From assembly GCA_964304625.1 (NCBI GenBank), contig OZ199839.1, positions 7,587,166 to 7,651,165 on the forward strand: 64,000 nt of DNA, read 5' to 3'. This DNA comes from Kudoa neothunni (lineage: Eukaryota > Animalia > Cnidaria). A model generated the notes under the pieces. It saw only the letters and a program-made list of their open reading frames with translations. It was not told where the DNA came from and made no database searches. Of the stretch, positions 1 to 7,582 are shown piece by piece (within the stretch, counting starts at the first letter, position 1; each line of letters starts with the position of its first letter). The translations under genes were made by a program, and so were the position numbers.

Positions 1-1810
1 CTTCGCAGATGATCTTGTCCTTCTAGCCAACAACGACGGAGATATGGATACCCTTTTGAAGAAAACCGAAGATTTCCTATCCAAAACCTCCCTGACCGTC
101 AACCACTCCAAGTGCGCGAGCCTTAAAGTAAGTTACATTCAAGGTAGAAGATTCATCAACACCGTCTCCACAAACTCACCTACGCTTTTTGGAATCCACG
201 TGCCCCCGATGCAAAACTACTACAAATATCTTGGCACCCAATCCAACCTTCAATCCTTCAAGAACCTCCCACCTGCTTTTGACGACTTTATTATGAAATT
301 GACAAAAATCTCAAATTCTCCCCTTCTTCCCTTCCAAAAATTAAATCTCCTCAAGATATACGTATTCCCGAGCATCGACCACGTAATGAAGAATACCCTG
401 CTCCGAATTGAAGACCTTGCCAAGATTGATGCCCTCATCTTACGAAATGTTCGCCAATGGCTCAATCTTCCAAACTCCTCAACGAAGAACATCTTCTACA
501 TCCCCAACTGTGCTGGAGGACTTGGCTTGAAACAGCTTACGAAGGACTATGCCGCCTTACGGCTGGCCGCTGGTCTGAATCTGCTGAATTCCAAGGATGA
601 AACCATCCAACTTGTAGCAAGACAGTCCCTTCAAGAAATCTGTGCCAAACGAAGCAACCACTCCATGGATCCACTCACCTATCTTCATCTGGATGAAGAA
701 CCTTGCGTGTCTCGAGACATTCGAAGTCTTATGTCTTCAATGCGTTTGAACCGCAAATCAATCAAAGTGGACCTCCTCCAACCTTCTGAAGATCTAAACC
801 ACATGGAGATTGACGACGAAAGTCTCAATCCTCCCATTTTCCCTCCAAAAAATCCAACTTTCCAACCCACCCGCATCAAGAAGCTCCGTTGGCACCTACA
901 ATCCAACCATCTCCGTCTACTCAAGGCCCAAGTAGACCAAGGACGCTCCGCTGGCTGTTTTAGTCAACACGCTGAATCCAACTCGTGGACCCGAACCGGT
1001 AATATAAAAATTTCATCATTTAGGTTCGGTCTCATGGGTAGAATTAACGTGCTCCCGACAATGACAGTGCTACACCGTGCCCAATCTACGCTTGATACAC
1101 AATGCCGCCGATGTTCGTGCCAAGTGGAAACACTTGGACACATTCTGAATGGCTGTCCAAACAACAGAAACGAGATCATCCTTCGCCACAACTCAATTTT
1201 AGAATTCATCGCCTCCAAAATCAAGGTTGGAAAAAAGTATGAACTCCTGATCGACCGATTATTCCCCGATGGTGTCCTAATTGGCGACCGACGACCAGAC
1301 ATCCAACTTATCCACCGCCGCTCCAAGACGATAATCGTAGCTGACGTCTCCGTCTGCTATGAATCATCCCTACAACGCATGGACGAGGTAAGAGAGCACA
1401 AAATCCGGAAATACGCCGACGAGTTTGCTCTACTTGAACAAGCTGGCTGGAAGATTCTCCCAACTGCGCTCATCTTTGGATCCCTCGGCTCTCACCACCC
1501 GCTCAATTCCCAGGCTTACACCCTCCTCCACATTCAAAACCAGAAGAGAGTGAAAACCTTGATGAAAAACATCACAACCAATCTGATCGAAAGTTCCCAC
1601 ATGATTTGGAATAATCATGTGAGAACGACTAGATCCTAACAAAATTATCAAATCTTCCTACTTCATCGTGCATCTGCTGATTCCAATATCCATCCATCCA
1701 TCCATCAATATGTCCACCATTCCAATCTACACAAATCAACATTAGTTTAGTTAGTCTAGTCACTAAAAGTAACTTATTTATTAATCACGATAGCATTCGT
1801 TAGTTTTCGG
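1..1810 (+). mobile_element. Retrotransposon copy 1 (subtype A), 3' part only
   Basis: Appears identical to 5596-7405 (offset 5595); all ORF-track translations in this interval recur unchanged. Confidence 0.95.
2..1639 (+). CDS. C-terminal part of RT-RLE polyprotein (5' end outside the window)
   Basis: Starts at the FADD motif; contains the CRRC..HILNGC knuckle, RHN and the RPD..D..K endonuclease motifs; stop TAA at 1637-1639. Confidence 0.95.
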   Translation, partial: FADDLVLLANNDGDMDTLLKKTEDFLSKTSLTVNHSKCASLKVSYIQGRRFINTVSTNSPTLFGIHVPPMQNYYKYLGTQSNLQSFKNLPPAFDDFIMKLTKISNSPLLPFQKLNLLKIYVFPSIDHVMKNTLLRIEDLAKIDALILRNVRQWLNLPNSSTKNIFYIPNCAGGLGLKQLTKDYAALRLAAGLNLLNSKDETIQLVARQSLQEICAKRSNHSMDPLTYLHLDEEPCVSRDIRSLMSSMRLNRKSIKVDLLQPSEDLNHMEIDDESLNPPIFPPKNPTFQPTRIKKLRWHLQSNHLRLLKAQVDQGRSAGCFSQHAESNSWTRTGNIKISSFRFGLMGRINVLPTMTVLHRAQSTLDTQCRRCSCQVETLGHILNGCPNNRNEIILRHNSILEFIASKIKVGKKYELLIDRLFPDGVLIGDRRPDIQLIHRRSKTIIVADVSVCYESSLQRMDEVREHKIRKYADEFALLEQAGWKILPTALIFGSLGSHHPLNSQAYTLLHIQNQKRVKTLMKNITTNLIESSHMIWNNHVRTTRS

Positions 1811-1846
1811 AATCCATCGACCCGAGTTCGAATCTCGGTACGGCCA
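1811..1846 (+). tRNA. tRNA 3' half (positions 37-73), Gln-like; junction 1
   Basis: Parses as AA-TCCAT-CGAC-CCGAG-TTCGAAT-CTCGG-TACGGCC-A: anticodon-stem 3' strand, 4-nt variable loop, perfect T-arm/B box, acceptor 3' strand, discriminator. No 5' half precedes it. Confidence 0.85.
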
Positions 1847-1853
1847 CTCCCTC

Positions 1854-1865
1854 TTTTGTTTTTTT
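1854..1865 (+). terminator. Pol III-type oligo-T terminator behind the tRNA half
   Basis: TTTTGTTTTTTT begins 7 nt after the discriminator; T runs occur at the same place at all five junctions. Confidence 0.6.
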
Positions 1866-1933
1866 GTGGTATTGTCTTTTTTTGGGCTATTTTTTGGCGT
1901 TTTTAGCGGCTGCCTTTTATCAGGAAAGTTAAA

Positions 1934-1967
1934 GTAAGTTCTTTTATTGTTGTTGCTAACTTTTTAG
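1934..1967 (+). other. Putative 34-nt spliceosomal intron in the element 5' UTR
   Basis: GTAAGT..GCTAAC..TTTTTAG ending 20 nt before the ATG; counterparts at 7529-7562, 13163-13196, 18210-18243 and 26453-26492. Confidence 0.65.
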
Positions 1968-1987
1968 GTACATACGACGGTTGGAAG

Positions 1988-4900
1988 ATGGAGAACACAA
2001 CAGTTTTGTCGGAAAACTCCATTGACCATTTGAAAGACACGTGTCCCGAACTGACTCGAGTGATTTTGACCTACTTCCAGGCATGGGAGAAAGCCTCAAT
2101 CAAACGAAGAAGGAAACCTCAACTTTGTATTAAAGCCAACGAAATCGTAAAGATTTCAAAGCTCATTTTCAAGGCTAAAAGCGACATTTCCGTTTTATGT
2201 CGGAACCGACCGAAGTTGCCAACTACAGAAAAAACGCCGAATTTTGAAGATACGGATTTTGTGGATATCTCGATTGAAGCAAATGATGTATCTTATTCAG
2301 ATCGAGTCGCAATCCGAAAACTGCAGACAAATCTGTCCAGAAACAGACGAAGTCTCAATTTTCTGTACGATGAGTTTATGACTCTAGTACAGAAAGCTGT
2401 AGATGACGCCGAGTTTCCAGCAGAGTTGTTGAATGTTGATGGATCTGTTGACATTTCAGCGGACCTCAAATTCTTCCCGGTTTTCCCGAATCAGCCACTT
2501 TTAATTAATGAAGCGCATGTCACAGAAAAGCGTGTGATGAAGGCCACTGCTAATGGTGAAATTATTATTGATGATTCGCCCAATGTTGTTCTAAGTGTTG
2601 AGAATGTTGTTGTTGTTCCTACTTCTCCAGAAGTGGTGAACTCAGCAAATTCTGCGAATAATGAGACGACATTGGAGTTGCCCGCGCAGCCAATTTCGCC
2701 ATTGTCGAGTTCATTGCATAGTTTGGACGTTAATTCAGTTAATTCAGCTAAATCAGTCACTTTAACTAAATCTAATGTTAATTCTAAGTGCATTTCTAAA
2801 ATTAAAAAAGTAAAAAACCCCATTCCGCATCTTTCAACTCCCGAATATGACCATTCTTTGCATAATAATAGGATTTTTAACTTAAATAATCAAACTTGTA
2901 GTGAAGCTCCTATTTTAATCGACGAGAATGTTAATATTTCCCCTTCCTTAAATCAAAATTCACCCCAAAATCCATCAATTCCGGAAGAAAATGTTCAACC
3001 TAGCCTCATCGAACGGTCCAAAACCTTCTTTAGAGCGCCTAGTTTGTCGTTTAATTCCCCTTTGAAATCAGCTAATGTCTCCATTGGTGCGATGATGAAT
3101 AACTTTTTAAATGGCATTGTTGCCACTTTATCAAGTCCCGAATCATCTCCGAAACCCTCTCAACCACAAAATGAAGATGATGAAGACAACGAAGAATACT
3201 TTGACTCGTTCGAAGAGCCAATGCAGATCCCCCATCTGGAAATTGCACTTCCTCTCTTGGATGTGGAAATGATGGATGACGCGGTCGAGCTGCGAAAGCC
3301 TCAAAAACGACGACATCAAGATATCTCCCCCTCGTCTTCTCCATCTCCATCTTCTTCACCTTCCCCCTCAAAGCACCCTGACGATAACACCTCCAACGAC
3401 TCCTCCAGTGAAGACTGTGCCCCTAAAAAGGCCCATCTGGCACCCATTACCAATTCCCAACCTCCGCCTTTGTCCCTAATTGTCTCACCTGATGAAAACT
3501 TTTTATCCTCTCAGGATATTACCAAATTCATCCGAGACGTTAGGAGAAAGACGCGCAGAAGAACCAAGAAACAAATCACCCCTAGACCGATGAGAATAAC
3601 GAGATCTGCAGCAAAACTGCTCAGTTCTCAGTCTCAATCTCAAGAATCTCAACGTCCCCTTCCAACCCCGCCCAATCCACCTGCATTGGCACCCATCACT
3701 ACTGTGGAAGTCATCTCATCACCCTCGAGACCCAGGTCTCCAAATCCTCCAACTCCCAATCCAACCAAGAACGTGGCCTCTACACCGGAAGTTATCACCA
3801 ACTCTCCATCTACTGCAACTACTGCACCTACTGCACCTACTGACGTGGCAAACAAATCATTCTGCTTCGACCCAATCGACGAAAACAACCCACCAATCCT
3901 TGAATTCTCCAACATACCCATCCATAATGATGTTAATAGCAATATTAACAACGACGTCATTATCCTCGACACGGCCACCACTACTGAAGATCATATTGAA
4001 AATCGCATTGAAGAGACTCATGATGATATTGATATTGATGTAGATGTAGAAATGCCCCTCAACTTTGAAAATCAACCCTTGAGAGAAGCAACCACCCAAG
4101 ACGTCATGGAAGTGATGCGAGAACGAATTGGAAACAATTACGGACTCCCAGCTGCATCAGTTACTCCATCCAATCAACGTAACCCTTCTGACCCATCACC
4201 ATCAAACGTCCACACAACTGACGATATAATCGACGATAACGACGACGTTAATGCTGATCCACCCCAAGACGAGCAACCTCCTACCAACTTAAGTAAGTAC
4301 CAATTGAGGAAATTAGAGGAGGAAAAGAAGCTCAAAGCTGCAGCGTCGATGATGAAGCACTTGATCAATCATATAGGGTCCACTGCAACGTGTGACACCC
4401 TATATGCCCAATTTTTAGAGACCGCCATTGAGCATGCTAAAGAGCTCAAACTCCATCGAGTTCCCTTTACACGCCCCAATGACAATGACGCCGAAAATAG
4501 AGAAGCCAGCCCGTATGATGAGCACAATGTGGTGAGGAACAACAATCCGAATGACCCAAGCACTACTTTCGTACGAAGGATACAACGCCCCCTAACAAAG
4601 AGAGCCCACGAGAGGAGACTCCGTGGACTCTACCGCACCAATATGAAGCGTTGTTTCCACGAAGTAGTGAATGACCCGCCAAAATGGTGCACTGCCTCTG
4701 CTACACAAATAACAGAAGCACTCACCCCTAATTTGTCCAATCCTCCACCAATTCCAGAAGAAGCTCCACCTCAAAACGCCTCTCCAATCCAGCAAGATGA
4801 TGATAACGCTCCCATCCAATCCCAACGAGACATCTATGATTTCCAGCGGAACTACTCAGACATCCACATCTCCCCCGAAGACGTTCTTTGTGCGCTTGAA

Positions 4901-7234
4901 AAAGCAAACAAAGACACAGCAGTTGGAACCGATGGTATCCAAATGACATTTTGGAAACGTCTTCCACAAATAGAGTTTGTGCTAGCCCCGCTATTTAACT
5001 GCTTCATCCGTACAAGCACCATCCCTCAAAGTTGGTTGGAATCAAGACTGGTCTTAATTCCCAAATCGAAGGATGCAGACAGCACTGACCCCCTGAATTA
5101 CCGCCCGATTGCGATAACTCAAACAATCTACCGATTGTTCATGAGTTGTCTTAACAGAAAACTCAGACCCCTCATCCAACTGTCTCCATCTCAGAAAGGA
5201 TTTATACAAAGCGATGGCTGTGTCGAACACGCCTTCACCCTACAAGAAATCCTGGATGACTCTCGCCGACGCCAGTCAAAAATCAACGCTGTTTGGATCG
5301 ATATTCAAAAAGCGTTCGATTCGGTACCCCACAACTTTATCCTCCACCATCTACGTCAACAGAAAGTTCCTTCAAACATTGTCCAACTCATTGCCAATCT
5401 CTACGACAACAGTTACAGTCTGGTGACTGACAAAGACGGCAACAACTCCACAATCAACCCCAACGGCCGTGGCGTGAGGCAGGGATGCCCCCTGTCTCCG
5501 CTACTCTTCAATTTAGTGATTGACCCCCTTCTGGAAGATATTGCCAACAGTGGAATCGGCTACCCCCTCAGAGGACACAATATTGGTGCTCAATGCTTCG
5601 CAGATGATCTTGTCCTTCTAGCCAACAACGACGGAGATATGGATACCCTTTTGAAGAAAACCGAAGATTTCCTATCCAAAACCTCCCTGACCGTCAACCA
5701 CTCCAAGTGCGCGAGCCTTAAAGTAAGTTACATTCAAGGTAGAAGATTCATCAACACCGTCTCCACAAACTCACCTACGCTTTTTGGAATCCACGTGCCC
5801 CCGATGCAAAACTACTACAAATATCTTGGCACCCAATCCAACCTTCAATCCTTCAAGAACCTCCCACCTGCTTTTGACGACTTTATTATGAAATTGACAA
5901 AAATCTCAAATTCTCCCCTTCTTCCCTTCCAAAAATTAAATCTCCTCAAGATATACGTATTCCCGAGCATCGACCACGTAATGAAGAATACCCTGCTCCG
6001 AATTGAAGACCTTGCCAAGATTGATGCCCTCATCTTACGAAATGTTCGCCAATGGCTCAATCTTCCAAACTCCTCAACGAAGAACATCTTCTACATCCCC
6101 AACTGTGCTGGAGGACTTGGCTTGAAACAGCTTACGAAGGACTATGCCGCCTTACGGCTGGCCGCTGGTCTGAATCTGCTGAATTCCAAGGATGAAACCA
6201 TCCAACTTGTAGCAAGACAGTCCCTTCAAGAAATCTGTGCCAAACGAAGCAACCACTCCATGGATCCACTCACCTATCTTCATCTGGATGAAGAACCTTG
6301 CGTGTCTCGAGACATTCGAAGTCTTATGTCTTCAATGCGTTTGAACCGCAAATCAATCAAAGTGGACCTCCTCCAACCTTCTGAAGATCTAAACCACATG
6401 GAGATTGACGACGAAAGTCTCAATCCTCCCATTTTCCCTCCAAAAAATCCAACTTTCCAACCCACCCGCATCAAGAAGCTCCGTTGGCACCTACAATCCA
6501 ACCATCTCCGTCTACTCAAGGCCCAAGTAGACCAAGGACGCTCCGCTGGCTGTTTTAGTCAACACGCTGAATCCAACTCGTGGACCCGAACCGGTAATAT
6601 AAAAATTTCATCATTTAGGTTCGGTCTCATGGGTAGAATTAACGTGCTCCCGACAATGACAGTGCTACACCGTGCCCAATCTACGCTTGATACACAATGC
6701 CGCCGATGTTCGTGCCAAGTGGAAACACTTGGACACATTCTGAATGGCTGTCCAAACAACAGAAACGAGATCATCCTTCGCCACAACTCAATTTTAGAAT
6801 TCATCGCCTCCAAAATCAAGGTTGGAAAAAAGTATGAACTCCTGATCGACCGATTATTCCCCGATGGTGTCCTAATTGGCGACCGACGACCAGACATCCA
6901 ACTTATCCACCGCCGCTCCAAGACGATAATCGTAGCTGACGTCTCCGTCTGCTATGAATCATCCCTACAACGCATGGACGAGGTAAGAGAGCACAAAATC
7001 CGGAAATACGCCGACGAGTTTGCTCTACTTGAACAAGCTGGCTGGAAGATTCTCCCAACTGCGCTCATCTTTGGATCCCTCGGCTCTCACCACCCGCTCA
7101 ATTCCCAGGCTTACACCCTCCTCCACATTCAAAACCAGAAGAGAGTGAAAACCTTGATGAAAAACATCACAACCAATCTGATCGAAAGTTCCCACATGAT
7201 TTGGAATAATCATGTGAGAACGACTAGATCCTAA
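1988..7234 (+). CDS. Non-LTR retrotransposon polyprotein: N-terminal domain, low-complexity linker, RT, CCHC, restriction-like endonuclease (1748 aa)
   Basis: Motifs YRPIA, QKGF..DGCVEH, WIDIQKAFDSVPH, RGVRQGCPLSPLLFN, FADD, YKYLG, GGLG, C-x2-C..H-x4-C, RHN, RPD..D..K. Confidence 0.97.
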   Translation: MENTTVLSENSIDHLKDTCPELTRVILTYFQAWEKASIKRRRKPQLCIKANEIVKISKLIFKAKSDISVLCRNRPKLPTTEKTPNFEDTDFVDISIEANDVSYSDRVAIRKLQTNLSRNRRSLNFLYDEFMTLVQKAVDDAEFPAELLNVDGSVDISADLKFFPVFPNQPLLINEAHVTEKRVMKATANGEIIIDDSPNVVLSVENVVVVPTSPEVVNSANSANNETTLELPAQPISPLSSSLHSLDVNSVNSAKSVTLTKSNVNSKCISKIKKVKNPIPHLSTPEYDHSLHNNRIFNLNNQTCSEAPILIDENVNISPSLNQNSPQNPSIPEENVQPSLIERSKTFFRAPSLSFNSPLKSANVSIGAMMNNFLNGIVATLSSPESSPKPSQPQNEDDEDNEEYFDSFEEPMQIPHLEIALPLLDVEMMDDAVELRKPQKRRHQDISPSSSPSPSSSPSPSKHPDDNTSNDSSSEDCAPKKAHLAPITNSQPPPLSLIVSPDENFLSSQDITKFIRDVRRKTRRRTKKQITPRPMRITRSAAKLLSSQSQSQESQRPLPTPPNPPALAPITTVEVISSPSRPRSPNPPTPNPTKNVASTPEVITNSPSTATTAPTAPTDVANKSFCFDPIDENNPPILEFSNIPIHNDVNSNINNDVIILDTATTTEDHIENRIEETHDDIDIDVDVEMPLNFENQPLREATTQDVMEVMRERIGNNYGLPAASVTPSNQRNPSDPSPSNVHTTDDIIDDNDDVNADPPQDEQPPTNLSKYQLRKLEEEKKLKAAASMMKHLINHIGSTATCDTLYAQFLETAIEHAKELKLHRVPFTRPNDNDAENREASPYDEHNVVRNNNPNDPSTTFVRRIQRPLTKRAHERRLRGLYRTNMKRCFHEVVNDPPKWCTASATQITEALTPNLSNPPPIPEEAPPQNASPIQQDDDNAPIQSQRDIYDFQRNYSDIHISPEDVLCALEKANKDTAVGTDGIQMTFWKRLPQIEFVLAPLFNCFIRTSTIPQSWLESRLVLIPKSKDADSTDPLNYRPIAITQTIYRLFMSCLNRKLRPLIQLSPSQKGFIQSDGCVEHAFTLQEILDDSRRRQSKINAVWIDIQKAFDSVPHNFILHHLRQQKVPSNIVQLIANLYDNSYSLVTDKDGNNSTINPNGRGVRQGCPLSPLLFNLVIDPLLEDIANSGIGYPLRGHNIGAQCFADDLVLLANNDGDMDTLLKKTEDFLSKTSLTVNHSKCASLKVSYIQGRRFINTVSTNSPTLFGIHVPPMQNYYKYLGTQSNLQSFKNLPPAFDDFIMKLTKISNSPLLPFQKLNLLKIYVFPSIDHVMKNTLLRIEDLAKIDALILRNVRQWLNLPNSSTKNIFYIPNCAGGLGLKQLTKDYAALRLAAGLNLLNSKDETIQLVARQSLQEICAKRSNHSMDPLTYLHLDEEPCVSRDIRSLMSSMRLNRKSIKVDLLQPSEDLNHMEIDDESLNPPIFPPKNPTFQPTRIKKLRWHLQSNHLRLLKAQVDQGRSAGCFSQHAESNSWTRTGNIKISSFRFGLMGRINVLPTMTVLHRAQSTLDTQCRRCSCQVETLGHILNGCPNNRNEIILRHNSILEFIASKIKVGKKYELLIDRLFPDGVLIGDRRPDIQLIHRRSKTIIVADVSVCYESSLQRMDEVREHKIRKYADEFALLEQAGWKILPTALIFGSLGSHHPLNSQAYTLLHIQNQKRVKTLMKNITTNLIESSHMIWNNHVRTTRS

Positions 7235-7405
7235 CAAAATTATCAAATCTTCCTACTTCATCGTGCATCTGCTGATTCCAATATCCATCCATCCATCCAT
7301 CAATATGTCCACCATTCCAATCTACACAAATCAACATTAGTTTAGTTAGTCTAGTCACTAAAAGTAACTTATTTATTAATCACGATAGCATTCGTTAGTT
7401 TTCGG

Positions 7406-7441
7406 AATCCATCGACCCGAGTTCGAATCTCGGTACGGCCA
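7406..7441 (+). tRNA. tRNA 3' half, Gln-like; junction 2
   Basis: Identical to 1811-1846. Confidence 0.85.
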
Positions 7442-7582
7442 CTCCCTCTTTTGTTTTTTTGTGGTATTGTCTTTTTTTGGGCTATTTTTTGGCGTTTTTA
7501 GCGGCTGCCTTTTATCAGGAAAGTTAAAGTAAGTTCTTTTATTGTTGTTGCTAATTTTTTAGGTACATACGACGGTTGGAAG

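Larger units (their letters stand above)
1811..7405 (+). mobile_element. Retrotransposon copy 2 (subtype A), full length and intact, 5595 bp unit
   Basis: tRNA-half junctions at both ends; single uninterrupted 1748-aa ORF; ~170-nt 3' UTR with no poly(A). Confidence 0.97.

Noticed and set aside
1775-1810. tRNA 5' half upstream of the junction, which would make complete tRNA genes
   Set aside because: No GGCCGTA acceptor strand, D-loop GG or ATGGA anticodon-stem strand is present, and the sequence differs between subtypes.
1844-1846. Encoded CCA tail suggesting a reverse-transcribed mature tRNA or an LTR primer-binding site
   Set aside because: By cloverleaf numbering these bases are C71, C72 and A73, not an added CCA; the elements have no LTRs, integrase or RNase H.
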